NCBI GenBank assembly: GCA_944327095.1
Contig: CALVGM010000119.1
Span: 1 to 61,561 of the forward strand
DNA: 61,561 bases
DNA from: an uncultured Desulfovibrio sp.
Lineage (GTDB): Bacteria > Desulfobacterota > Desulfovibrionia > Desulfovibrionales > Desulfovibrionaceae
Direction: 5' to 3'
A model generated the notes under the pieces. That model saw nothing but the letters and a program-made list of their open reading frames with translations, was not told where the DNA came from and searched no databases. The translations under genes were made by a program, and so were the position numbers. Position 1 is the stretch's first letter. Each line of letters opens with the position of its first letter. Positions 27,841 to 36,939 of the stretch are shown one piece after another.

Positions 27841-28185
27841 CTACGAAAATTTCCGCACAGGAAGAGGCGGCACCTTGCCTACGGCTGTGTCTGCCACCAT
27901 ATAGTGCCAGTAGTGCCAGGGCCTTGCAGTAAATTGTCCTGCCTCGGCGTGCTCAAGGACCCAGCGCAGGCGCTCCTTTCCCAAAGCCTCCAGAAGGCGC
28001 ATGCTGTCCTCGAAGGTCCCCAGCTGCACCTGCGCTATGAGCATGTCCGGCCTTTGCAGGGCTGTTTTGGGCGACTCCCACCAGATGTAGTCAGCCAGGG
28101 AGCGCAAAACTTCCATTTCCTGCTCGCCAAGCCGCAAGGCCGCAAATATTCTTCTCTCGCGCTCGTCCAATTGGGCATCCCCCAT
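27841..28185 (-). CDS. Putative cognate antitoxin/partner of the AbiEii-type toxin
   Basis: YIWW...P...IAQV..GTFED...G...LR.VL..AEAGQF...WHYWHY...PPLP.R pattern, as recalled for proteins preceding AbiEii genes. Stop is 2 nt before the toxin start. Confidence 0.65.
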   Translation of the reverse strand: MGDAQLDERERRIFAALRLGEQEMEVLRSLADYIWWESPKTALQRPDMLIAQVQLGTFEDSMRLLEALGKERLRWVLEHAEAGQFTARPWHYWHYMVADTAVGKVPPLPVRKFS

Positions 28186-28291
28186 GGCCCAAAAGAGCAA
28201 CGCTCTTCCCTGTGCCTTGCGGGATCTGGCACCAGGTTCCGCAAGGCACAGCCGACTTGCCTTCAATGACCTGCCTGTGCCGGGGCGAGCC

Positions 28292-29092
28292 CTAGTCTTC
28301 CATTTCCCTTCCGCGCTTGTTGGCCTTCAGAACTGCCTTGCCAAGCTTCGCGGAGAGGCCGTCCTCGTTCATGGCGTTCACCCCGGCTATGGTGAGGCCT
28401 GCCGGCGAGCACACGTTGTCGCGCATGGCCATGAGGTGCTCTGCGGGATTTTCCGCAGCCATCTTCGCACATCCGGCAAAGAGTTCCGTTACCATGCTGC
28501 GGCTCTGGGCATGGGAAAAGCCCAGGGTGACGCCTGCCATGACAAGGCCTTCCATGAGATCGAAGACGTAGGCAGGACCTGCCCCGATGAGTGCCGAAAA
28601 GGGTGTGAACTGCTCTTCCGCGAGCTCCACACACAGGCCGAGATCCGCGAAGATGCCTTCCACGCACTTCTTCTCCCTGTCTCCGGCCTTCTTGTCGAAG
28701 CACAGGGCAAAGACACCGCGACTCACCATGGCCGGCGTATTGGGCATGCAGCGAACCACTGTGCAGCAATTGTCCGCAGCCTTCTTCAGGGTCTTGAGGC
28801 TTGTGCCGGCTGCTATGGAGACAAGAATCTTTCCGGAAAGAAGATCCTTGTCGAGGCTCCCTATGACATCCTCTATCTGGTAGGGCTTGACGCCAAGGAT
28901 GATCACCGAGCTTTTGCTCACAAGGTCGTTGGCGTCCTGCGCTGCCTCCACACCCTTCTCAAGCAGGGGATCCAGCCTTTTCATGGTTCTTGTCCAGCCG
29001 TACAGACTGTACTTTCCCGTAGCAGCCAGTCCCTTCAGGATGGCGCCCCCCATGTTGCCACAACCGATCACACCCACACAAAGGTTAGCCAT
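28292..29092 (-). CDS. proC: Pyrroline-5-carboxylate reductase
   Basis: Motifs GCGNMGGAI, VKPY, SIAAG, RCMPNTP, GAGPAY and VCSPAGLT. Confidence 0.96.
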   Translation of the reverse strand: MANLCVGVIGCGNMGGAILKGLAATGKYSLYGWTRTMKRLDPLLEKGVEAAQDANDLVSKSSVIILGVKPYQIEDVIGSLDKDLLSGKILVSIAAGTSLKTLKKAADNCCTVVRCMPNTPAMVSRGVFALCFDKKAGDREKKCVEGIFADLGLCVELAEEQFTPFSALIGAGPAYVFDLMEGLVMAGVTLGFSHAQSRSMVTELFAGCAKMAAENPAEHLMAMRDNVCSPAGLTIAGVNAMNEDGLSAKLGKAVLKANKRGREMED

Positions 29093-29112
29093 TTTGTGTC
29101 CTCCCATATGAG

Positions 29113-29140
29113 AATGCCTGCCGCGCACGCGGCAGGCATT
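29113..29140 (-). terminator. Hairpin between ctpA and proC
   Basis: AATGCCTGCCGCG-CA-CGCGGCAGGCATT perfect inverted repeat; no strong U-tract. Confidence 0.45.
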
Positions 29141-29168
29141 GCTGTCTTCATGTCCGAATTGTTCGAGA

Positions 29169-30521
29169 CTACCTGTTCTTGATGGCCTGCATGCTTGGCA
29201 GACCCTTTACTATCTGCAGGGCAAGGCGCAGCTGATTGTCCTTCGCGAGCTGCTCCCTTGTCTGCTTGTCCTCGCTCTTCTTCTCTGTATCCTGCTCCGT
29301 ATCCGCGGCATTGCCGTTTTCCAGATGGCGGTTGAGGTCTGCCTCGCGCAGCATGAAGCGATTCTCGTTGTCCTTGTCCGAAGGCATTTCAAAGGGAATC
29401 TCTATGTCCGGCGCGACACCTTCTGCCTGAATGGACCTGTTGTCCGGGGTGTAGTAGAGGGCGACCGTGAGCTTGAGACCAGAGCCGTCGGCCAGGGGAA
29501 TGATGTTCTGCACGGATCCCTTGCCAAAGGAGCGCTCGCCAACAATGACTGCCCTGTGCTGATCCTTCAAGGCACCGGCCACAATTTCCGAGGCCGAGGC
29601 GGAACCCGCGTTGATGAGAACAACCAGGGGCGCCTCCACGTCCGTGGACTGGGCCTGGGCCGTGTACACGCGTTCGGTCACATTGCTTCTGCCCTTGATG
29701 GAGACTATGGCTCCCTGGCGCAGGAAGAGATCCGAGACACTTACTGCCTGGTTGAGAAGGCCGCCGGGATTGTTGCGCAAGTCAAGCACAATACCCTTGA
29801 TGCCTGTCTTGCCTGCCTCCTTCCTGGCCTTGGTCACGGCCTCGATGAGCTCGTCCGTGGTCTTTTCCGAGAAGCGGGTGACGCGGATCCAGTAGTAGCC
29901 GTCCTCGAGCTTCTTGCTCTTGACGCTCACAATGGGAATGGCCCCGCGCACAATGCTCAGGGAAACGGGCTCCCTGCCATTGGTGTGCAGGATGGAGAGC
30001 TCGACCTTGGTGCCCTTGGGGCCGCGAATGCGCGACACCACGTCCTGCAGGGTCATTTCCTGGGTTGACTGGCCGTTGATGGTCAAGATGATGTCGCCGG
30101 TCTTCATGCCGGCATTGAAGGCAGGCGTATCCTCGATGGGAGCAACCACCGTGACCTGCCCATTTTCCATGGCAATTTCCACACCAATGCCAAAGAACTC
30201 GCCTGATGTGGTTTCCTGCATTTCCTTGTACTCGTCGGCGCTCATAAAGGAGGAATGCGGATCCAGTCCCTGCAGCATTCCCTTGATGGCTCCATCGACA
30301 AGTTCTGCCTGGCCAATGTCGTTCACGTAGGAACGTTCAACTATATCAAGTACCTGTCCGAAACGGCGCAGGGCGTCAAACTTGCTCAAGGGCTGCTGTT
30401 TGCCCTCGCTCGTGGTCTGCTTTGGCGCGGCTTGCTGTGCCCCGGCGGGCACTGGCATACTGCAGCCATAGCAGCAGATAAGCAGCAGGGTCAGGCAAAA
30501 CCCTGCAAGGCGGTGTCGCAT
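29169..30521 (-). CDS. ctpA: Carboxyl-terminal processing protease (S41 family, PDZ)
   Basis: Motifs LDPHS, GIGVEI (PDZ), LDLRNNPGGLL, SASASEIVAGAL and SFGKGSVQ; signal peptide. Confidence 0.93.
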   Translation of the reverse strand: MRHRLAGFCLTLLLICCYGCSMPVPAGAQQAAPKQTTSEGKQQPLSKFDALRRFGQVLDIVERSYVNDIGQAELVDGAIKGMLQGLDPHSSFMSADEYKEMQETTSGEFFGIGVEIAMENGQVTVVAPIEDTPAFNAGMKTGDIILTINGQSTQEMTLQDVVSRIRGPKGTKVELSILHTNGREPVSLSIVRGAIPIVSVKSKKLEDGYYWIRVTRFSEKTTDELIEAVTKARKEAGKTGIKGIVLDLRNNPGGLLNQAVSVSDLFLRQGAIVSIKGRSNVTERVYTAQAQSTDVEAPLVVLINAGSASASEIVAGALKDQHRAVIVGERSFGKGSVQNIIPLADGSGLKLTVALYYTPDNRSIQAEGVAPDIEIPFEMPSDKDNENRFMLREADLNRHLENGNAADTEQDTEKKSEDKQTREQLAKDNQLRLALQIVKGLPSMQAIKNR

Positions 30522-30694
30522 GAACCTATCCTCCGAAAAATTGTTGCCGCATCGTGCCTTTTTTCCCTGCAAAAGGCAATGAGAAAGCAGACTTCTGACA
30601 GCAAACCCAAAAAAGGGGAGCGCCTTCGGACATACCGAAAACGCTCCCCTCTCGCCAAGGCATTCCGGCCTCTGGGCCGGACGAAATTCAAAAA

Positions 30695-31186
30695 CTAGTC
30701 GATCTTGATGAAGGTAGAGCCCTTGGCGCCGCACACAGGGCAGGTGCCGTCAAAGGGACCCTCATGGGTGTAGCCGCACACAGGGCAGACGTAGTAGTCG
30801 CCCTTGAAGGCATCGGCGTTCTCAATGGCCTTCTTGTACAGGTTGGCGTGCACCTCTTCCACCTTGTTGGCGAAATCGAAGTACTTGGCAACCTTTTCGT
30901 TGCCTTCTTCCACGGCTTCCTTGTACATCTGGGGATACATCTTGGTGAATTCGTAGGTTTCACCCTCAAGGGCATCCTTCAGGTTGGCAGCGGTGTCACC
31001 AATCTTGCCGGCATTGCGCAGATGGGCATGGGCATGAATGGTCTCGGCGGCTGCGGCTGCGCGGAACAGCTTGGCAATCTGGGCCTTGCCTTCCTTGTCT
31101 GCCACCTTGGCATAGGCAAGGTACTTGCGGTTGGCCTGGCTCTCGCCTGCAAAGGCGTCCATCAGATTTTTCTCGGTCTTGCTCAT
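30695..31186 (-). CDS. rbr: Rubrerythrin
   Basis: AFAGESQA..KY, ExxH diiron motifs (ETIHA, EEVHA) and C-terminal CPVCGY...CPVCGA rubredoxin domain. Confidence 0.95.
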   Translation of the reverse strand: MSKTEKNLMDAFAGESQANRKYLAYAKVADKEGKAQIAKLFRAAAAAETIHAHAHLRNAGKIGDTAANLKDALEGETYEFTKMYPQMYKEAVEEGNEKVAKYFDFANKVEEVHANLYKKAIENADAFKGDYYVCPVCGYTHEGPFDGTCPVCGAKGSTFIKID

Positions 31187-31357
31187 AACTGGAAACCTCT
31201 CTTCACAAGGGTTATTTGATTGTTGGTTGGTAGTGCCTGTTCGTTACAGACAGGCAATAGTTAAGGCCCAAATGGCCCCTGTAAAGAGGCAAATTGCAAA
31301 ATTTTGTGTGACAGGGCAAAAAGGGCTCCCCTTCCCGCACTTTTTTTAGCTGATTGT

Positions 31358-31996
31358 ATGGCACAAGAGACGACATCCCTCATACCGGCACTTGGCAATG
31401 GCCAGTTGCACGAGACATCCCTCCTCATAAAGAAAAGCCGCTTCATTACCCACATAGGGCAGTGCTCCAGCGTAGCCCAAGCAAAGGACGGCATTGAGGC
31501 CGTGCGCAGGCAGTATGCGGACGCAACCCACAATTGCTGGGCCTTTGTGGCCTGCCCTGCCGGCTCCAGCGCCCAGGTCGGCTGCAGCGACGACGGAGAG
31601 CCGCACGGCACGGCTGGTCGCCCCATGCTCACCACTCTGCTGCACTCAAACGTGGGCGAGCTTTTTTGCGTAGTCACCCGCTACTTCGTAGGCATCAAGC
31701 TTGGCACAGGAGGACTTGTCCGCGCCTACCAGCAAAGCGTTGCCCTCTGCCTCGAAAGTCTTCCTGTCTGCGCCAAGACAGAGCTTGCGCGCCTTAAAGT
31801 GGAAATAGCCTATGCGGACAGCGACAGGGTACATCGCTTGTTGCCAGCCCATGCGGCAAATATTATTGGAGAGGAATTTGCTTCCTCCATGGTTCTTTCC
31901 CTTGAAGTGCCGGCAGACAAGAGAGACGGATTGAGCCTTGCCCTTGCAGAGTGTACCAACGGCAGAGCCAGAATACTTCCTGATACAAACATTTGA
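31358..31996 (+). CDS. yigZ: YigZ/IMPACT family protein
   Basis: Motifs IKKSRFI, DATHNCWA, SDDGEPHGTAGRPM and VVTRYF.GIKLGTGGLVRAY. Confidence 0.92.
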   Translation: MAQETTSLIPALGNGQLHETSLLIKKSRFITHIGQCSSVAQAKDGIEAVRRQYADATHNCWAFVACPAGSSAQVGCSDDGEPHGTAGRPMLTTLLHSNVGELFCVVTRYFVGIKLGTGGLVRAYQQSVALCLESLPVCAKTELARLKVEIAYADSDRVHRLLPAHAANIIGEEFASSMVLSLEVPADKRDGLSLALAECTNGRARILPDTNI

Positions 31997-32009
31997 CGAG
32001 GTCCTTGCC

Positions 32010-33728
32010 ATGGCGACTGTTCCTTTTATAATCCAGAACATGACCTACAGACAGCTGATGGAGGTTGGCAATTCCTATCAGGTCCCCTCCTTTCAGAGAA
32101 ACTACGCCTGGGGTGAAGATGAATGGGATGATCTGTGGCAGGATATCATTGGGCTGACATCAGAAGAGGTTGATCAGTCTCATTTCATGGGTTTCCTTGT
32201 CCTTCATGAACAGAACAGAGCACATTTTACCATTATTGATGGACAACAGAGACTGACAACAATAAGCATTATTATACTTTCTGCCATAAGTATCTTAATA
32301 GATATGGTACAAAAAGGAGATAACATTGAGCTCAATACGGCAAGAAGAAAGGCTATCTTTGAACTGTATATAGGAAACATTAATCTTAAAAATATGAACG
32401 TGTCGGCAAAGCTCACGCTCAATATATTCAACAACTTCTATTATCAAAATTACATGATTGAACTTGGGGAACTGCCGAGCATAGGTCTGAATGAGTCCGA
32501 AATTCTTATGCGGCAGGCCTTTTTCTGGTTCAAAAGGCAACTGGAAACTTTCTGCGATAAAGACACGGACAAAGGCGCTGGCCTTGTGGCTCTAGTGGAT
32601 ATTGTAGTGAGCAGACTCTTTTTCTCTGCGGTCACCGTCAGTAGTGACAGCAACGCCTTCGAGCTTTTCGAAACTCTCAATGCCCGAGGTATCCGACTCT
32701 CGGCTACAGATCTTCTGAAAAACTACCTCTACAGCTGCATTGGTGGCGAATCCATGGAAAGCCCTGCAGCATTAAGAGATCTCGAGACAAAGTGGTATCA
32801 GATTGCCTCTTGTCTGGGAGAAGACAGTTTTGCCGAATTTTTGCGCATATTCTGGAACTCCCAAAGCAAGATTGTCCGCAAAAACGCACTGTTCAAGACC
32901 TTAAGCAGGGAAATCAGAGGACAGCGAAAGGCCTTTGACCTGCTGAAAAAACTTGACTGCGCTGCTCCTGTCTACGCGGCACTGCGCTCACCTTCCGACA
33001 TCCTCTGGACTCCCAGGGAACGGACTGCCCTGCGGGAGATCGAGCTTATGGACACCGCCGCACCCCTCTCCTTTCTTCTGACCTGCCACAAGGCCTTTTA
33101 CGAATCCGGTAGGCAGATGTTTACCAGAATCGTCGAGGCCATCGCGGGTATTGCATTTCGCTGTGAGATTGTCGGCAACACGGCTTTCAATGAGCAGGAG
33201 CGCGTCTACAATGAAGTTGCTCTGAAAATTCTCGCGCAGGAGTACACTTCGGAAAAACAGATTCTCAATGCTCTCAAAGCCCTGTACCCCGACGATGAGC
33301 TTTTCAGAATGTCCTTTTCAAAAAAGTCCATTCCTACTATAACCAACAAGAGCAAAAGGATTGTACGCTACATTCTCTTCAGGATCGAGAAACAGCGATC
33401 AAACATCTCCTATGACGTCTTCAACGAAAAATACACCATCGAACACATCTTTCCAGTGAATCCCTCCGAAGGCTGGAGTGTGGCAGAATTCAGGCAGCTG
33501 CGGCCCATGGTCTTTCGCCTGGGCAACATGACACTGCTTGAGGCAGCCTCAAACCGCGCTCTTGGAAACTCCTCCTACAAGCAAAAACGCGAGGCCTACA
33601 AGACAAGCGTTTTCCAGACGACCAGAGCTATCGCCGAACACTACGGTGAATGGAACGCAGATATACTTTCCACAAGACAGGAACACATGGCCGACATTGC
33701 CGCCCAAATATGGAAGGTCCGCTTCTGA
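32010..33728 (+). CDS. GmrSD-type (DUF262 + DUF1524 HNH) modification-dependent restriction endonuclease
   Basis: VPSFQRNYAW, IIDGQQRLTT and FETLNARG (DUF262); TIEHIFP...LGNMTLL...N (HNH, DUF1524). Visibly more AT-rich than its neighbours. Confidence 0.88.
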   Translation: MATVPFIIQNMTYRQLMEVGNSYQVPSFQRNYAWGEDEWDDLWQDIIGLTSEEVDQSHFMGFLVLHEQNRAHFTIIDGQQRLTTISIIILSAISILIDMVQKGDNIELNTARRKAIFELYIGNINLKNMNVSAKLTLNIFNNFYYQNYMIELGELPSIGLNESEILMRQAFFWFKRQLETFCDKDTDKGAGLVALVDIVVSRLFFSAVTVSSDSNAFELFETLNARGIRLSATDLLKNYLYSCIGGESMESPAALRDLETKWYQIASCLGEDSFAEFLRIFWNSQSKIVRKNALFKTLSREIRGQRKAFDLLKKLDCAAPVYAALRSPSDILWTPRERTALREIELMDTAAPLSFLLTCHKAFYESGRQMFTRIVEAIAGIAFRCEIVGNTAFNEQERVYNEVALKILAQEYTSEKQILNALKALYPDDELFRMSFSKKSIPTITNKSKRIVRYILFRIEKQRSNISYDVFNEKYTIEHIFPVNPSEGWSVAEFRQLRPMVFRLGNMTLLEAASNRALGNSSYKQKREAYKTSVFQTTRAIAEHYGEWNADILSTRQEHMADIAAQIWKVRF

Positions 33729-33898
33729 CGCTTGTCCTGTGGTCTTTTGACAATTGCATCCACTTGCCACCCGGTCTTGCCCAGCCCCCTGTTCCTCGCT
33801 ACACTTCCCCAGGGCCGAGTGGCCCTGCAAAGAGCTACGCACACAATCCACATCACCATATTTTTCGGCATCCCGGCCGAAACGAGGTAGAAATTCCC

Positions 33899-34549
33899 AT
33901 GCGAAAAAACATTGTCAGCCTGATTCTTGTTCTTGGGCTTGCCCTTCTTCTCGCAGCCTGTCAGACATCCGGCCCCCAGAAGACCCTCAACGAAGCTGCC
34001 AAGGCCCTGACGGACAAGGACAGCCAGGCCTTCATGTCCCAGTTTGACATGGACTCCTTCGCCAGTCACGAACTTGTCAACCTGAAGGAGGACAACGACC
34101 TGCTCAGCTTTGCCGGCGATCTTGGCGCCCTGTTTGGCATTGGCAACGAGATGGACCGCTGGCTCGAGTCCGCTATGGATCTGAAGAGCCAGTACACAAG
34201 GACCTTTACCCGCATGGTGGGTACAGGCGAACTTGTCGCCCAGTGCACCAGATCCCAGAGCCCGGACTGCCCCTGGGAGCCCTCTGCCCTGAAAAAGGCC
34301 GAGATAAAGGAGATTGGCACTGACGCTGCCGTTGCCAGGGTTACGACGCCGGCCAACATGACAAGCTGGCTTGCCCTGCGCAAGGAAGGCGAAAAGTGGC
34401 TCATTGTGGGCAAGGCTGTCCTCGAGGATCAGGCCGCCAGATTTGCCACCAACACCAAGCCCATCCTTTCGAGCGTCCCCAAGAAGGCCCCGGCTGCTCC
34501 GGCCGCTCCCAAGCAGCCTTCCGATACTCCCAAGGCTGAAACCATCTAG
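33899..34549 (+). CDS. Hypothetical lipoprotein (NTF2/DUF4878-like C-terminal part possible)
   Basis: Lipobox LAAC after a signal peptide; L.LRKEGEKWLIV strand; Pro/Ala-rich tail. Confidence 0.75.
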   Translation: MRKNIVSLILVLGLALLLAACQTSGPQKTLNEAAKALTDKDSQAFMSQFDMDSFASHELVNLKEDNDLLSFAGDLGALFGIGNEMDRWLESAMDLKSQYTRTFTRMVGTGELVAQCTRSQSPDCPWEPSALKKAEIKEIGTDAAVARVTTPANMTSWLALRKEGEKWLIVGKAVLEDQAARFATNTKPILSSVPKKAPAAPAAPKQPSDTPKAETI

Positions 34550-34582
34550 CCAGAGCACACTGCCTGCTGCAGGCACCAAAAA

Positions 34583-34622
34583 ATACGGGCCGCATCCCTT
34601 GCGCAAGGGATGCGGCCCGTAT
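34583..34622. terminator. Perfect 40-bp palindrome between convergent genes; intrinsic terminator for speA, possibly bidirectional
   Basis: ATACGGGCCGCATCCCTTGC|GCAAGGGATGCGGCCCGTAT; A-run at 34578-34583 gives a U-tract on the minus strand. Confidence 0.75.
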
Positions 34623-34663
34623 GGCATGAAAAAGAGCGCTGCGGCTGTACAGCAGGACAAGGC

Positions 34664-36583
34664 CTAGCGCTCGAAGTAGGTGTAGCCGCGGATGCCGTCC
34701 TCGAAAATCTGCAGGAAGGCAAAGCGCTGGCTCGGGGTGATGCGCCCCTCGCGCACTGCCCGTTCCGCAGTGCTGCGCAGGGACTCCATGATGCGACGCG
34801 GATCGTACTCCACGTAGGAGAGGACGTCGGCGACCGTATCGCCTTCCTGCTCGCGCACAAACTCGTAGCTTCCGTCGTCCTCTATCCTGATGGACACCAC
34901 GTTGTTGTCGCCAAGAAGGTTGTGCAGATCACCCAGTGTTTCCTGATAGGCGCCCACAAGGAAGACACCCAGGTAGTATTCCTCGCCGGGCTTCAGAGGA
35001 TGCAGCTCAAGGGTTCTCTTGTCGCCCTGCTGATCGATAAAGTGGTTGATCTGCCCGTCCGAATCGCAGGTAATGTCCGAAATGATGCCCAGGCGGGTGG
35101 GGCATTCCTGCAGCCTGTGCACTGGCATGATGGGGAAGAGCTGATCAATGGCCCAGGAGTCCGGCAGGGACTGGAAAATGCTGAAGTTGCCGTAGTAGAT
35201 GTCCGCAAGATAGGTGTCTATGTCCTGCAGGTCCCTGGGAATGACCTTGAGCTTGCCCTTTTCCTCGGAAATGCGCATGAGGATTGCCCAGAAAAAGCGC
35301 TCGGACAGACAGCGCTGGCGCAGATTGACAGCACCTGTTGCAAAGAGCTGGCGCATCTCGCCGCGGTAGTAGATGGCGTCGTTGTAGCATTCCTGCAAGT
35401 TGCGAGGGCTTATGTTGACAAGCACCTCGCGCAGGTTCTTCACAGGCTCGGGCGTGTCTTCGGGCAGCTCTTCGGGCAGCTGCATGGGTTCGAGGACGCT
35501 CGCGTCGAGGATGTTGAAAAGCAGCAGGGAATAGTAGGCCACAGTAGCCCTGCCCGATTCGGTGACAATGTGCGGATGTGGCACATTCACCTCGTCCAGG
35601 GTGGCCATGATGGCTTCCACTATGTCCGCGCTGTACTCGTCCAGGGTGTAGTTGCGCGAGGAAACGTAGTTTGTGTGCGAACCGTCGTAGTCCACGGCCA
35701 GGCCGCCGCCAAGGTCGATGTAGCCCATGGGCGCGCCTTCCTGCACAAGGCCTGCGTAGAAGCGGGCGCCTTCCTGCACGCCAAGGCGGATATCGCGAAT
35801 GTTGGAGACCTGGGAGCCAAGATGGTAGTGGAGCAGGCGCAGACAGTCGAGCATGTCGTTTGCCTTGAGCTTGTCAATGAGATCCACTATTTCCGCAGGA
35901 GAAAGGCCGAAAACCGAACGCTCGCCGCCGGACTCGGCCCAGTGGCCGCTGGCCCTGGTGGACAGCTTGCAGCGCACGCCGAGCTTGGGGCGCATGTCGT
36001 GGATGCGGGCGCGCTGCAGTATGGTTTCCAGCTCGCCGGGCATTTCGATGACAAAGAAGACATTGAGGCCAATGCGCTGGGCCTGCAGGCCGAGGTCAAT
36101 GAACTCCCCGTCCTTGTAGCCGTTGCAGATAAGGCAGGCTTCCCTGTCGGAAAGATGGGAGACAGCCGCAATGAGCTCGCCCTTGGATCCCACTTCCAGG
36201 CCATGGTGGTAGCGGGCGCCAAAATCGGCGATTTCCTCAATCACCTGTTGCTGCTGATTGACCTTGACGGGGAAGACGCCGCGGTAGCTGCCCTTGTAGC
36301 CAAGGGTCTTGATGGCCTTGCCGAAGGACTCGTGCAGACTGGCTATCTGCGAGTCGAGAATATTTTCCACCCTGAGCAGGCAGGGCATGTCGTAGCCCCG
36401 TTCCTTGATTCCCTCTATGATCTCGGGAATGGACACCCTGGGGCCCTGTGGGCCATTGGGACAGATAACAACATCGCCGTTTGAGGAAACATCAAAGTAG
36501 CCGGCACCCCAGGAATGGATGCCATAGAGTTCAGCACTGTCCTCGACGCGCCACGGCTGCAGCAAGCTACGGAAATTGTTCAA
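34664..36583 (-). CDS. speA: Biosynthetic arginine decarboxylase
   Basis: Motifs SAELYGIHSWGAGYF, FPVKVNQ (PLP Lys), GLEVGSKGEL, HYHLGSQ, DLGGGL, ESGRA, QSLPDSWAIDQLFP and DITCDSDG. TTG start at 36583 inferred. Confidence 0.95.
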   Translation of the reverse strand: MNNFRSLLQPWRVEDSAELYGIHSWGAGYFDVSSNGDVVICPNGPQGPRVSIPEIIEGIKERGYDMPCLLRVENILDSQIASLHESFGKAIKTLGYKGSYRGVFPVKVNQQQQVIEEIADFGARYHHGLEVGSKGELIAAVSHLSDREACLICNGYKDGEFIDLGLQAQRIGLNVFFVIEMPGELETILQRARIHDMRPKLGVRCKLSTRASGHWAESGGERSVFGLSPAEIVDLIDKLKANDMLDCLRLLHYHLGSQVSNIRDIRLGVQEGARFYAGLVQEGAPMGYIDLGGGLAVDYDGSHTNYVSSRNYTLDEYSADIVEAIMATLDEVNVPHPHIVTESGRATVAYYSLLLFNILDASVLEPMQLPEELPEDTPEPVKNLREVLVNISPRNLQECYNDAIYYRGEMRQLFATGAVNLRQRCLSERFFWAILMRISEEKGKLKVIPRDLQDIDTYLADIYYGNFSIFQSLPDSWAIDQLFPIMPVHRLQECPTRLGIISDITCDSDGQINHFIDQQGDKRTLELHPLKPGEEYYLGVFLVGAYQETLGDLHNLLGDNNVVSIRIEDDGSYEFVREQEGDTVADVLSYVEYDPRRIMESLRSTAERAVREGRITPSQRFAFLQIFEDGIRGYTYFER

Positions 36584-36939
36584 TTCCTTTAGTTCTCCCC
36601 TTGGTTTGGGCAGGCCATGCCCGCTTTTTTGGAGCCCACTGTCCCGCATGGACCATGCTGTCGCACGGTCAAAAGTCCTGCAGGACAGAAAAAAAACGTG
36701 TCCAGCCTGTGGTGTGGGGACCATAGCGACACGTCTCAAAAAAGAGCTGCCGGTATTTGATTCTGATACTGTGAAGAGCAAACACGGGAAACGACAAAAG
36801 CAGCCCCAAGGCAGTATCTCCTTGCCCAATCGGGCCCCAAAAGTCAAGGACCAGACATGTGTCGGCATTGTGACAAAAGGGAGCGCACGCGGCCATTTGC
36901 CAGCATTTGGCGCTCTGGCAGTCTTTGCTCGAAGCCGAC

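Noticed and set aside
31675-31700. YigZ RYFVGIKLG instead of RYFGGIKLG
   Set aside because: Single-base difference; error cannot be distinguished from polymorphism.
34583-34622. 40-bp perfect palindrome as a mobile-element end or REP
   Set aside because: Single copy in the window, between convergent genes and with a U-tract; adequately explained as a terminator.
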